DNA of 54,595 nucleotides from Octopus bimaculoides (lineage: Eukaryota): assembly GCF_001194135.2 (NCBI RefSeq), contig NC_068983.1, positions 92,306,652 through 92,361,246 on the forward strand, given 5' to 3'. Both the position numbers and the translations under genes were made by a program. Shown here piece by piece: positions 1-13,765 of this stretch (position 1 is the first letter of the stretch; each line of letters starts with the position of its first letter). Under the pieces are notes generated by a model. The model ran no database searches, had not been told where the DNA came from, and saw only the letters and a list, made by a program, of their open reading frames with translations.

Positions 1-11
1 TTATTCTCTTT

Positions 12-42
12 AACCCGAGCAACGCCGGGTATTTCTGCTAGT
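12..42 (+). mobile_element. Helitron 3' terminus
   Basis: Hairpin ACCCG-agcaacgc-CGGGT followed a few nt later by CTAG|T, the canonical Helitron 3' end. The rest of the element is upstream of the window. Confidence 0.65.
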
Positions 43-89
43 ATATAATAAAGATTTGCAATAGAAATTAAATCAAAACTTTTCACTCA

Positions 90-2109
90 CCTTACAGGTA
101 AATTAGAATTACAGGTTTAATTAAAATTACAGGTAAATTAAAATAAAAAGTTAAACTAAGTAAATTTGGAAAATATTTAAACAGTCTAATTATACATATA
201 TACAAACAATATTCACACAATATTTCTATCATGGAAAGTTGTAAAACATCCCACTCTACATACTGCAACCTTGCAGAATGCACATTGGAAAGATGTTTCA
301 ACTAGCTGTCCACTGGGAGTTTTCCTTTGTTGATGTAGACATTCATGGCACTGCCTTTTGCGACCCCTGATTTTTTCTAATTTATGGAGATCAGCTGAAC
401 TCAGAGGAATATCGCTCTAGCAGGCTTTGCTTTTCCTTCCTGCAGTTATTTTTTAGAGGAATAACCTGCCCTCAACTGCGTTACACCATCTGCTCGGAAC
501 TGCAGATGGTTGCACTGCTTGCGAACCCCTCCTGATTTGGTATATAATATAAATGCATTTACAATGCTCATGTTTACTATATACCAAACCAGGTATCGCC
601 CCATTTATTACCCGGTTGGTTCAGCCGATACACACCGCCCATGTACCTGTTATAATCAAGGTTCACAAGCGGGTTGCCATTTTCATCTACACATGGTTGT
701 GCACTGGTAGATAGAAAATTTATTTGCCTCTTTTCTCTGTATGCGGTCGCTAGCAGTTTTCCTTTCTGCCATTGGATTATTTCACCTCTTTATTTTAATT
801 TTGCTTTTTTTATATCCAACAGCAGCCCTTTTCTACCAGCAATTACTGTAGCACACATATATGTTGCCACAGCTACTAAATCCACTGCAAGTTTGACCAA
901 ACTAAAAAATCGGTCAAGAAATAATATACGGCCCTGGATATAGTATGGAAGTGATAAATTCCAGATTACATCGTACCCTAGGGCATGCTGACTAGCATTA
1001 TTGTCTCTTTTCCCCATATAGAAGCTAAATCCACAGCAGTACCCAGTATTTGCCTCACAAATTTTCCTAACTTTGATCCCCCATTTTGTGGGCTTTCCTG
1101 GCATATACTATCGGAAGCGTACCCTTCCTTTATACCCCAGCATGCCCTCATCGATAGATAAGTATCTCCCAGGGTTGTAAAATATTTTATATGCATTTTG
1201 AACGCAGTCGATGAGGGATCAAAGTTTGGTTCTCCACATACTGGTGTACTGCTAGTGTCTCTCACATGTAAATATTGGTTCAGTTTCACAAATCATATTC
1301 AGGTTATAATACTGGAAACATACTGATCGCCAAAAGGTTCCTGATTGCTCCAGTAATTTGTAATTCTGCGTAACTGTCTTATACCCATAATAATATTTAT
1401 GGCAAAAAATACCCATGTTTCATCTAGGTTGTAGGAAACCACAAGCTATCTTTTTTTCCAGCTTGTTTACATTCTGCGTAACAGTTTGTTTCCTCAGTGA
1501 TTGCTTCAAACAAGCATGCTGGAAAAAATAAAAAGAAAAAGATCTAATGGTTTTACTTCTTGAGAAAGACCCTGTCTCCTCAGAAAAAATTGTTAATAAA
1601 ACATTTTTTAACTTTTTACTCCATTCTGGTATAAAATCATCCTCACTGTCGATGTCACTGCTTTCAGTTTCTTCAGAATTGCTGCTTTCAGTTTCGGATA
1701 CAGAAATATCTGATTCATTTTCGTCCACTATGTGCTTTTGCACTTTATTTATTCTTTTCCTCGATATCTCCATATCTTCCATTGAAAAGCCTTCAAATTT
1801 GGAATCACTTCTTGATAGCATGAAACTCCTCTTCATTTTCAAAGTTGAAAAAAATTAACACCGAAGAAAAGTAGAAAAACATCTTCCGAAATTCACTGAG
1901 TTCAAATATCACACCAAACAATGTCGGATACAATAACTCAAATGTTTGCAAAGTGAAATCACTTGTTTTAATGTATGTACTAACGAGATTTGGGTTCAAA
2001 TTTATATTTAAAAAACAACGGGTGCTCTCGGCCAGCTACGGCCAGGTTGGTTTTATAAACCAAAGCATTTTTCGGACGGCTACGGCCAGGTTAGTAACGA
2101 AAGGATTAA
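90..2109 (-). mobile_element. piggyBac DNA transposon with a disrupted transposase
   Basis: Minus-strand pieces in order: acidic N-terminus (1420-1842); YNPGRYLSIDEGMLGYKGRVRFR*YMPGKPTKWGIK (first D, TAG at 1108-1110); LFLDRFFS (second D); DYNRYMGGVYRLNQ (third D changed); RYLVWYIVNMSIVNAFILY; Cys-rich tail CHEC...CAFCKVAVCRVGCFTTFH. One end reads AAGGA-TTAA at 2101-2109. Subterminal repeats GCTACGGCCAGGTT at 2035 and 2079, and TTACAGGT three times at 92-135. Confidence 0.9.
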
Positions 2110-3065
2110 TGTCCCAAATATGCACAGTTAAATATGTACAATACATATCTGTGAATCTAGTTGTGAGAGTCATCAAATGTTTTACTGTTAAAACTAGCAG
2201 AGGTTATATTACAACTAAATATAAGACTTTACATTCATATTTCTTGTCAAATGTTGCCATATATTGTATCATAATCTTATGTGTTAACTCTAAATGTCCT
2301 GTTGAAAATTTTACATCAGTAGATCACTCCTGTAATGGTAGAAAGAAAATACCTAAAATGGTGCTTGTTAATTCAATGGCTTGTAATATATTTACTTATG
2401 GTCAGATCATTAAGGAAATTGGTTGTGTCAGTTTTGGGGGTGCCTTTTTATGTAAACAGTCATTCGTTAAAAAACATGTTGAAGCATGATTAAATGAGTG
2501 TTAAATAATTGGTAGGGCTGGTTGTGGCTGCATGTTGTTACCCATATTCAAAAGTAAGTCCATTTGAAGTTTTTGAGGAAACTATTAACATTACAAAGAC
2601 TACAATAATAGTGAGTTGTGGGAGGCTGCATTGTTGATTATCAGTAGTGAGTTATGTAGGTATGTTGGCCAAGAATTAGATAGCTACAGCTTTTTCCATT
2701 GTTGGAAAAGTGAAAATATTGTGTTCATGGCAGATGAGTGATACTTTTTAACCCAACATCAAGCAGCGACCAAGAATCCTGTTTGCCTGTTTTCTCTGAG
2801 ACCTCTCAACCCCTGCACTAATTGCATTGCACTTCTATATCTATAACCATATTTTGGTGGGAAACCAAGGAATTTTCCACCGATCATATGATTGCAGTTG
2901 AAATACTATTGGTCAAAATTCTGGGCAAGTCACCTGACATGTTGTTGCCTCATTTTCGTTATTGAGCTGAGAAAGTTTGAAATCTAAGCCCTACTACATA
3001 TATTAGTGATTGTTAATTTATTACATAATAATTAATAAACAGATACATCTCAAAAAGATGACAAA

Positions 3066-3475
3066 GATCATCATCATCATCATTTAACGTCTGCTTTCCA
3101 TGCAAGCATGGGTTGGACAATTTGACTGAGGACTGGTGAACCAGATGGCTACACCAGACTCCAATCTGATTTGGCAGAGTTTCTTCAGCTGGATGCCTTT
3201 CCTAACGCCAACCACTCTGAGAGTGTAGTGGGTGCTTTTACGTGTCACCCGCATGAAGGCCAGTCAGGCGGTACTGGCATTGGCCACGCTCGAAATGGTG
3301 TATTTTACGTGCCACCTGTACAGGAGCCAGTCCAGCGGCACTGGCAACGATCATGCTTGAATGTCTTTTCATGTGTCACCGGCACAAGTGCTAGGAAGGC
3401 AACGTTGGTAACAATCACGCACAAATGGTGCTATTTACGTGCCACCGGCACGGAAAATGCATTTAGTAACAGACA
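3066..3475 (-). mobile_element. SINE-like element matching the RTE LINE 3' end, with (GAT)n tail
   Basis: tcatcatcatcatttaacgtc...ggatgcctttcctaacgccaaccactctgagagtgtagtggg. The same sequence recurs at 12465, 38265, 44962 and 49117, and forms the 3' end of the RTE fragment at 19379. Confidence 0.85.
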
Positions 3476-4560
3476 TACAAACATTACGAACAAAAGATGT
3501 TTTCCTCAGACATTTTTGCAGTTGAGTTACTCACTTGAGAAACATCATACCTATGTATGCATGTAAGTTGTGATAAAAAAAATTTTCAGCATTAAATCAT
3601 GAAAATTTAGCAAAACAAGTGTTGAATTTAATAGTGAACATTATAAAATGTAATTAAATGACAGATGAAGAGATTAAATTATTCTCCCTTAGATTAGAGA
3701 AGTAAACAAGAATATTTCAATTCTCATGGTTTCAGATGATATAGGACTTGCACAGAACGCAACAAGGTTACCCAAGAGCAACTTGAATAACTTAGAAAAC
3801 ACTTTGGAACAATAGGCATTATTCTGTGACTTCTTACCAATAGTTGGGTTGACTCTACTTTCAAATTATCTACACGATTAAAGTGCAATGAGACTATAGC
3901 AATATCATTAGCTGTCAGATATCTGGAACAAGTAAATTATAGTGATCTAATTTTTTTGCTCTTGGTAGTCATTTCATTTTGCTTGCATTGCTAATATAAT
4001 CTTAAAAACTTGTGTTTCATATGTGTACCAAAAAAAAAAAGGTTACAGGCAATCACTTTTGTGTAGCATCTCTAAGACCTGACAGCCACGACAAAATATA
4101 TTTGAAAATGGATGGCTTTTAGAATGGCTTTTCACAGATGGCTATTTGAGTTGATAGGGTACAAATTTTTATCCTTCATTATATCCATAGTAAATAATCT
4201 TAATACTTAACAGCTAAAGATAGATATCACAGGGTACCATAATTCATTGCTAAATTTAATTCCTCTTGTGGATAAGCTACCTTTGATAGTCCATAAATCT
4301 ATCATGGGGAAGAATTTTGACTTATTTTTAATGCTAGAAGAAACTGGAGTTGTATGTGCCTTATGAATAAGGCTCAGAAAATGCATCATCTTGGAGAACA
4401 AACTGAAAAACAATGTTACTAAGGTGCTTAAAGGATTTGTTTTTCTTAAACATTCAGCTGTCTGCCTCTATATCATAGGTTAGTCTAAGTAAAGATGGTT
4501 AAGGCTGCATAGCTAAAACAATTGGAACAGCCCCCAAAATTTGTTCAGTTACAGTTGATT

Positions 4561-4907
4561 GTGGTATTGGTGAGTGGTTAAGAAGCTCACTTTGTGACCA
4601 TGTAGTTCTATGCTCAGTCCCATTGCATGGCACCTTGGGCAAATGTTTTCTACTATAGTACTGGCCCAACCAATGCCTTGCGAGTGAATTTGGTGAATGG
4701 AATTTGTGTGGAAGTTTGTTGTGTATATGTTTTTGTGTTTGCCTCCTCCCCCACTGCTTGATTATTGGTGTTAATTTGCTTATGTGCCTGTAACAACAGT
4801 TCAGCAAAGGAGACTGATAGAATAAGTACTGGGTTGATTTACTTGATTAAACTCTTTAAGGCACTGCTCCAACATGGCTGCAGTACAGTGACTGAAACAA
4901 GTAAAAA
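4561..4907 (+). mobile_element. tRNA-type SINE family 1, diverged copy
   Basis: Head ...gtggttaagaag...tcagtcccattgcatggcaccttgggcaa, central (GT) tract, 3' end gactgaaacaagtaaaa; shared with other copies in the window. Confidence 0.8.
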
Positions 4908-5039
4908 TATATTTGTAATTTTAGATTTAGCTGTCATCAGCTAAGTTTCTAGAGAAGTTTTCCTTTTGTATCTTTTATACTGGATTTTGATGGCTTAACA
5001 TATTTCCTCTCTTCTCTGCTAACAGAACACAAAAATACA

Positions 5040-5420
5040 TGTTGAATTCATTGAGCTTTTTAACAATGACAGTTGAATCTTATAATTGCAACAGTTGTCA
5101 GTGTGCATGAATGACAAAGCACAGATGAGCTGTGAGAAAAACTAAGTGTATGCAGACTCAAATGTATTATGCAAGACAGAAGACTGCATTAGTACAGACA
5201 TTTAATGTGTATCTATGATGACGGTAGGATGTCAGAAGATTCAAATGGAAGGATGAAATAAACCAAGCAAGATTGAAGCAGAAATAGTGAAAGCTGATCT
5301 CAGTAACCAAACCTCTCAAAGCAAATAGAGACAAGAATGTAGTATGTGATGAGTTACTATGTTAAAGAGAACCCATCCAATCCATGCAAGCATAGAAAAA
5401 CAGTTGTGAAAATAATGAAG
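5040..5420 (+). mobile_element. Highly decayed RTE LINE 3' fragment
   Basis: gtcagtgtgcatgaatgacaaagcacagatgagctgtgagaaaaact...gcaagacagaagactgc resembles the NVSVH.RQS...LREKL...QERRLRW segment at 38944-39144; tail-like ccatccaatccatgcaagcatagaaa near 5373. Confidence 0.55.
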
Positions 5421-5648
5421 AATTTAAAGAGACTGGTGGTGGTCTGTATCAGCAGAGGGTAAAATCAAAACATTAAGTACATTAAATTGCCATAAAAAAG
5501 AGACTATCATGAAAAGCTATCTGAAATGTTAGATATTCTCTTGTGAAATGCAAAATGGAGAAAATTTAGCAAGCTTTATTGAAATATACTAACATTTTAA
5601 GTAAAAAATTATTATAATTGATGGGTTTGTCTTTCCTTTCTTCTTCAG

Positions 5649-5741
5649 ACAATATCTACATCACTTATTCGAGATAAGAGTGGTCTTGGTTTTAGCATAG
5701 CTGGAGGTAGAGACTCTGATTCCTTCAAGACTAATGACCAT
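5649..5741 (+). CDS. scrib: Scribble-like gene, internal coding exon A (start of PDZ2)
   Basis: Acceptor ctttcttcttcAG (5647-5648) and donor GTaagt (5742). 93 nt, phase 0-0. Translates TISTSLIRDKSGLGFSIAGGRDSDSFKTNDH with the PDZ GLGF loop. Too short for the ORF track. Confidence 0.9.
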
Positions 5742-6436
5742 GTAAGTATATATACAACAACTTTTTTCAGTTCACTGTCACTTATAGTAAATATTTATAA
5801 TAATGTTGTCTTAAGTTTAATATGCAAATATAAATTTTTAATAAAAATGAACATTAAGTAGCTCAACAAAAATCTGGGAGGAGACAGTAAGATCACCTAC
5901 CTTACAGGATAATACAAAGTTGAAACCAGTCCAAATCATGCTGGTGTGGAAAAATGAATAGTCAAATAAAAATCTTTGTCTCACCATGTTCAATCTTTGC
6001 TTTTTTACTTTCACTAGGATAAAATCTTGAGTTATGGTGAGAAGTATTGGTAGTGAATAGGCAATTTTCTTTTTTTCTTGTTTTATTTCATTTTTTTTTT
6101 TTTATCTTTCATGATGAGAAGAAAACATGTTATGGTTATCTTGAGAAAGTAAGATAGTTTTAAAAGTCAGCATCTGAAGAAAGAACAACTTTGAAACATT
6201 TGCATATTTATAGTGATCTATATGAAATGTTTTAATTTAAGCTATGAGCCTTCTGCTATCTGCCTCCACTCTTCTTGAGACATAATGTTGACATGCAAGA
6301 ATAAAGATAGCAAAATTTTGTTTTGAAAATGTATACACTCATGATGTGGTTAACAGTATGAAAAATTTCAAACCCTTAAAAAGAAATATATTGTTTTATT
6401 TTTTTTTTTGGTGCTTTCATGTTATGACAAATATTC

Positions 6437-6471
<35 letters not shown>

Positions 6472-6704
6472 TCTAGGTTATAAGAATGTGTCTTACAAAG
6501 TTATTCCAGATCAAGAATATTTGTGTCCCATAGATTTTACACTCAGTATTGATATGTTATACACAGGATCAGGAATCATAATGTTTAATTCTTATTATAA
6601 CCAAAATTGTTGTTCATTCTTTGATAATTAATAAAATATGTATATACGATATATTAGAGCTAGTTAGTTTTATGCATAGTAAATGAAATCATTATTATCA
6701 TTAA

Positions 6705-6900
6705 TGTAGGAAATGGATAGCAGGATGTGTTCAGTGTCAGACATAATATTTTGTAATATTTAACTGTGACCCCTTACATTTTGAGTTCAAATTTGCAATT
6801 TTCATCTTTCTGGAATGATAAAATAAGTATCATTAGTATATACATTTGACCACATTATACCCTAAAATTTTCAGCCCTGTATCAATGATATTATGATTAA
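6705..6900 (+). mobile_element. SINE family 2, strongly diverged copy
   Basis: ttacattttgagttcaaattt...ttttcatctttctggaatgataaaataagta resembles the copies at 35184 and 35524. Confidence 0.5.
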
Positions 6901-9900
6901 TGCTACCACTAAACCTTGATGTATTCAACTATTTTAGTTGTATACTGTGTATAAATTTCTTTTGTAGTTTTATAATTTTAGCTTTTCTTTGTCTCACCCT
7001 GTTCAATCTTTGCTTTTTTTTACTTTCACTAGGGTAAAATTTTGAAGTTATAAAGGAATGATCAAATACTATAATTTTTGTTCTCTATATAAATCTTTAA
7101 GTCCTGTTAGAAACTAGAGATTTTGATAAAATATAATTATCCCAGTATAAAAATCATAAAAATATTACTATTGCATAAGTCTGGATTTGTGTATATTGTG
7201 GATATGGTTTTTACATGTTGTCATGTCTGTCTCACCTGGCTAGGTTGGTTGAAATCTGATAAGTTGATATGTGTTTTCACACATTTTTACATGATATCAA
7301 AACCGAGGTATCCAACACTGAATTTGTGCTCTAGGTAGTCTCTGCAACTTGAAAGTTACCAACAGAAAAAACATTCCAAAATACGCCTTCATCTCTTCAT
7401 TCAAGGGCTTTGCTAAGCCCAACCAATTATTATTTACTCTTCTTACAACAATTATGTTTTTTTCATAAGCCCACTAGTACACGATGACCTTACATTTAAA
7501 ATATATCAGTAAAATATTGTTTTTTTTTTTTTTAAATCCTTTCCATTCACTAACTAAAGCATTGATGCAATGACCAACAATTGTGGTAACACTACTCCTG
7601 CTCAGAATTGATAAATTGTGATATCACTTAGTTTGTGGGTGTGTGTAGATGACACTGAAATATTACTTTAATTATTTTCTNNNNNNNNNNTTTCTCTAAT
7701 TAAGTTATTAATAAATGATATTGAATTTTAACTCACTGCTTGAGGTATTAACTACTTTTGTGCTTGAAAATCAAAGAAAGAAAAATTTGAAGAAATTCAA
7801 AGCACAATGCACAAAAGAATAAATGCACATAGGAAATCTTTTGACTGGAATTTCTTTCTAAAACGAGGCTCAGTTCCAAACAACAACACTGTTTGAATTG
7901 CAGTACTGGACTTAAAGGGCTTATTTAAAAATTTTACTGAATATATTATTTAGTTGATATTTTATTGATATAATCCATGAAGGATCAGACAACATACCTT
8001 CTAATATATAGTTACACATCATGTTTTAACTTCAAGTGCCACCAAGGTCAACTTTGCTTTGCATCCTGGGGGTTGATGGAAATAAGTTTCAGTTCAATTG
8101 AATGTTCCTACATCCTAGTTTATGACTTTGTATTAGAAATCATTATGATTATTTTATTCAATAAAAAGATTTAAACTTATATCTTATTTTTGTCAAATCA
8201 AAAATAGTATTTTTGAATTATTGTGTAGAGGGAAGAAAAAAAATCTCATGTCTAGATATACATGATTTTTTTTTTTTTTTCAAAACTATAAAATGTCACT
8301 TTTACTTTCTTTTTAACTACTTGATGCTGACCATATTTTGATTTTGTTTTTCTTGCCAGCAGATTGCCATAATAAAAGTGACTATAAGTTTCTTCAGCTC
8401 TTGCTATCATTGCATGATTTTATTTTTTATATTTTATTTTTGTTTTTACATAAGGTTCAATATGTATTTCTTGGTCTTTGATTTGCTGTTCTTATATAAA
8501 ATGTTTCTACCTTATCTTTATATAAAACAGTTTAGTTGTAGCTGGATCCAGATAATTAATATAGCAATGATTGTCAAATCTTTTTTTTCTCTTGATTTTA
8601 CTGAAATCTCTAAATCATTTTGGTGTTAGAAATTTTAGAGACATTAGATTATTTAGTCTATCTATATAGTTCTAGGGACTACTGCATAGACAGAAGCTAG
8701 TCTGTTGTTTCAACAGTATCTCTATTGCCTTTTATTATTTGAAATTAGTCTAGAGTTAGATTTAAAATATAGTAGGTCTGCAACCACTTATGCAGTGTAC
8801 CTTTTAGGGTAGTTAAATTAACCTAAAGTCTTTTGGACAAGCTTATACAAACTCTAACTGTCTCTCTTAATAGCTTTAGTATTTCAGAAGACTGCAGCTT
8901 GTCAAGAATCTATTAGGTAGGCTGTAGATGGCTTATAACCTATGATGCAACTATTATTGAATCTGCATAGCTCACACCAAGGACTTATTCATTCATAATG
9001 ATTTCTGACAACCCAGTTAATCCTATATTCTAAACTGATTTTAAGCATACAACATCACTATATTGAATTTAATATTTTTCGTTACATTGTCTCAGTTATT
9101 ATATAATGTTAAACCTTGAAAACTAGAAGAAAAATTTAAATACATGAAAGTAAGCAGGTGAAAAAAAACGTTGACAATAGTAGTATTTCATTGTTGGGAT
9201 GAGTATCTTAATATTCCTTTATCATACCTAAATGCTTTGTCTCTACTATGTGTTTATGTATATGACATACATGTGTATGTTGTGGTTGATTGTGTGATAT
9301 GCTGTAGCTTTGTCATCAGTGATATTCAGTTAATATTACTGCATATGCTTCTGCTTTTACATCTCCAAAATTATTGATGTCTACCTATGTGTTGTATCCT
9401 TTATTTTAACCACTATTACAGCAGTTTTCTTCTTTCCTGGAGGTCAGTATATTGTTGGAATGCTATTAAAGTAGAAATAAACTGATGAGCTTTGGAGTTC
9501 TTTTCTTTTTAAAGTGTTTGTTGTTGGTTTTGTTTTTGTTTTGTTTTTTGCCTATATGTGTGTTATATGCATGCATGTTGTATTAAAGATTTGACTCTTT
9601 AGTTGATTAGCTTAATGTTAAGCATTTTCAAATTTGTCTCTTTTTTATAATTGCCTTGTTTTCTTTGGAAAAGTTTAACATTGAGGGAATCCACTACCAT
9701 GCTAAAGTATCTTTAATGCAGCATGTATTATGATGCATTTCTGCTAAAATATATTTTCACAGTTCTGAGTAGTAGTTCAGTAGATTTGTTGTAGGAAACA
9801 TATCTGTATCAATTGTTTTATTGACTACATAATTTAAAACCTCTATAGATTTAACAAATATTTCCTTTTTGTTTATTCTCTGAGTTATTAATATTACTTA

Positions 9901-10609
9901 AACTTTATTACTGCTAATCCCAAATCATTTCTAACTATTTTCTGTTGCATTGTATTTTCTTTTGTGTCTATGTGTGTTTCAGATTTGTAAGAATTTTCAG
10001 GATATATCATAAAATCTTTACAATAACCTACAACACATATCCTTCTCTCTCCTGCAATCTCAAAATTTGTTTGGTGACATCATATTAAAATTACAATAGA
10101 GATTAATATTTGTTGACCTATTCATTCTGCTTTTGTATTTTTTTTTTATTGTCACAGATTAAAAGATTAGTTGACTATCAGCTAAATGATCAGTGGTTTG
10201 TACCATGGCAAAAACATCTAATTCAACTCTCAATAAATCATTCCATCTAGCAATAAATAGTTACAGTGGGAATGGGAACTACTGCAGTATATCCTCCCTT
10301 CACTTATCAGATCAGTGTTTCCAAAATTTTTTCATTTATCATCTACCTCATTTCCAATATCTTATACCCCATAACACATGTTTCTCAGTCTTTTAACTAC
10401 CACCTCTTTTCTTTTACTAATGCTTTTTCAATACCTCATTAATACAAAATTGAATATACCACAAAAATCTACTGCCAATAGGTTGATCATTAAAAAGCTT
10501 CTTATACATAAATCAATTTAGTTCCAGGTACTAATCTGATAAAGGTAACTACTTACCACTGCACCACCTTATCATCAATATAATAATCTGCTTGTTCGTT
10601 CACCCATTA

Positions 10610-11400
10610 TACTTTAGTTAGTTAGAGAGAGGGGTGGGTGGTGGAGTGTGAGTCAAGAAGAAAGAAATAAAGAAGTAGAGAAAGATGTACAATAAGGCCA
10701 AATATGTCAGGTGGTTAGTTGAAGGGAAAGGCCAAGAGGGGGAGAGGAATGTTAACAATGTACTGTAGGGTGGGGAGGGAAGGGTAAAGAAAAAGATATG
10801 TTTAGGATATAATATTTAGCAGAGGGTGATGTTCTGGTGGTAAGGTTAAAGAAAGACAAATAGAGAGAGATGGACAGGGAAGGCAGTTACATTAAGAGAG
10901 AGAGAGAGAGAGAGAGAGAGGAGGATAGTATTTGTCTTGTCAGAGTAGAGATACAGTGACAGCAAAAGTAGATATAAACAAACAGCTGAACTGATATGAA
11001 ATGAAATGAGCTTTGTTACTGAAAACTATAGTGATGATGATGGTCATGGTGTGTTGATAGTGGAAAGTATATTTTTTTATCAAGCTAAATCTATAATATT
11101 CTTCTACCTGTTTTTCACACTTTATTCTTTAGTTTGTTAGTGAGGAGGAGGAGGTTGTGTGAGAGAGAGGAAGTTGGAATGTGAGAGTGAGTGAGAGAAC
11201 AGATAGCTAGTCAATGCATTATGCTGTCACTCATGTAGTTAGTGGAAGTGCGATGTAAAGAGGAAGAAAGAAATGTTAAAGACATGAAGAGAGGAATTGC
11301 ATGGTTAAAAAATTTTTGAAGAGGTGAAGAGAAAAAGAGAAATATAAAGTGCTAAGCAGGTAGAAATTTTAAGATCATATAATATATTATTGTGACTGGA
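10610..11400. repeat. Purine-rich (GA/GGA) low-complexity tract including (GA)n at about 10895-10921
   Basis: Strong strand purine bias seen directly; no recognisable ORF. Confidence 0.6.
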
Positions 11401-12464
11401 TGTGAAATAACTTAGCAAAATAAAAATAAAGATTATCCCTTCTTTCTTAGATATCTTCCCTTAATCTTTTTCGTTCTGTGGAATTTTCACTGGTCCCACT
11501 AGTAAACAAACATTTCTCATATTTAATCTTAGTTATCGACCCAACTTTTAGCACATGGCTTTGGCCAAACTCAGTTATATATTCCTTGTGCTTCATATAT
11601 AGTTACAATTGAAATTTATCTTTATATTCAAATTTATATTGTATTTGAACATACCAAAAATAGTTGTATTTTGTATGTTTGCAGATATTGATTTTTCTGC
11701 TCATGTGCAAATTTACTTGTGTTTGGTTATACTTGGAGGTGGACACATCATGAGATTAACAATGACATTCATTATTAAAAGCAATAATATTTAAGCATTT
11801 TGGGACATTACCTAATGCTACAGATGCAGAAACTATCTATATTGACAGTTTTTCAAATTATACTTTTGTTTATTGTTTATAATTTACATCCATAAATTTA
11901 ATTTTGCTTATTTATTTAATTACATTTTGAAGTTTCTTATTATTGCTAGTATTGTTATTATTATCATTGTTATTGTGATAACAGTTTATCATAATATTAC
12001 GTTTAAATTTGTTTAAAGTTAATATTTAAATAAGAATAGACTTTAAAAAATGTACAGATGCATCTATCATCTCTTCTCTTATTGTTACTGGGGCAGTACT
12101 GCTCACTTTTTGAAGCACTACCTTATGACATTACTGAATCATGTTAAAGGGTAGGAATCACTCAGTAGAGTAGATGACATAACACAATAGAAATCTCATA
12201 CGGTTGATAAGGAAATGAACATCCATTTAGAAATGCCTTCTCTATTAATAACTTTTGTAATCCCAATAAACCCCAGTGTATAATATGTGAACCATTGATT
12301 TAGATGAAAAGAAAGTATTAAGTAATACTTCTATGACCTAAAATATTAAGTGTTATTAGTGGAAGTCATATCCACATCTGCAGTTCCTATATATAAAGCA
12401 TGCTTTAATACTAAGAGGAGCATTCATGCAGCTGTAAAAGCAATTGCAACAACAGTGTGTTAAA

Positions 12465-12612
12465 TTTATCCTGGGCATCCAGCTGTAGAAACCATACCAA
12501 ATCAGATGAACCTGGTGCAGCTCTCCAGCTTGCCATCTCAGGTCAAACCATCTAACCCTTGTCAGCATAGAAAGCAGACATTAAATGATGATGACAATGA
12601 TAACAACAACAA
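12465..12612 (+). mobile_element. RTE 3'-end-derived element, short copy
   Basis: gggcatccagctgtagaaacc...cagacattaaatgatgatgac tail. Confidence 0.75.
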
Positions 12613-13720
12613 TTGGCATGAGATTGGATATAGAAAAATTTATGTTGAGTTATGTACAAAAATGTTGGTTGTGATCTTTAACAATCTCTGTTTCTTTTCT
12701 CACTATCATTCGCTATTTGTCTTTTTTAGTTTCTCACTCCGTTATTGTCTGATTTCTCTTCCACTTCTAATTAATAATCTCCAACAGTTTTCTGAACCAA
12801 TTCTTCTAATGGTATGATTTTCCTAGTGTCATCTGTAACTCCTACATTGTCCGGTCTGCTGTTGCTGGGCATTTTGTTTGGTTTCATTGTTTTTTTATAG
12901 TAAATCATTTAAAATGATGCATGCTTCTAGATTCTGGTATTTTTGGTTAAGCATTTTTTGTTCTTCTCCCTTAAATTTAATTTCTACCCATTTCCAGAAT
13001 ATGCATGATTTGTGGTTAAAACTTTTAATGCTATATTCTCTGCCACCAAGATTGGTGCAAAGTATATTACACTTTCTACTAATACTTTTAAGTTCAAAGT
13101 ACATTATATTATTTCTATGATTTGTCTTACAATTTTAATAGGTTTACAATGAGTGCTGAGGTCTTCTGTGTCTTGTGGCTAGTTTCTGTGTGTATCTGTT
13201 GCTTTTAGCTGCTTCATAAAATAAACTTTAAACCATTATTTTACATGGGATAATGCTGGGCAAAGTTATGATCTCTCTCTCTCTCTCTCTCTCTCTAATT
13301 AAGCAAGTTAGAAAAGAAGACATTTACAGATGTCTTTGTGTAATATTGATAAACTCTTATTTCATGTTCATGTTCTTTTTAAATGATCACATGATTCTGA
13401 TAAATCAGTCAGTTGCACTTTACTCTTCTTCTGTTTGGCTTTGTTGTTGTTTCCTTCGACCTGATATAGATGTGATCCAAACTCGATTCATTTGCATCAT
13501 TATCTGTAATCTAGGTAGAATTAAAATAAACAGAACCTCACTCTAAATTGTCTGTTTTTGTTTGTAATTCCAGTTGCCACATTAATTTTGTTGCATTAAA
13601 TTCAGAATGACTGACTTACTCACCAGATAGACGTTACTACCAAAAACTACCACTAAATAAAATAACTTTAGCTGTAAATTAAATTCCACAGTTAATTTTA
13701 TTTGGAAACTTTATTTATTT

Positions 13721-13765
13721 CTTTTACTTGTTTCAGTCATCAGATTGTGGCCATGTTGTGGCCAC
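13721..13765 (-). mobile_element. SINE family 1, 3' tip fragment
   Basis: ttttacttgtttcagtcatcagattgtggccatg is the reverse complement of the family-1 3' end. Confidence 0.55.

Noticed and set aside
1547-2489. Plus-strand ORFs 1547-1858 and 1953-2489
   Set aside because: The first is antisense to the piggyBac N-terminus. The second crosses the transposon end into AT-rich DNA and has no recognisable motif.
2250-2700. Possible antisense LINE endonuclease relic
   Set aside because: Only vague resemblance; no intact motif.
3171-3566. ORF MAEFLQLDAFPNANHSES..., repeated at 38309 and 44962
   Set aside because: Chance open frame on the antisense strand of the RTE-tail repeat.
3715-3900. LMVSDDIGL..., a possible YADD reverse-transcriptase relic
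   Set aside because: Too short and degenerate to assign without a profile search.
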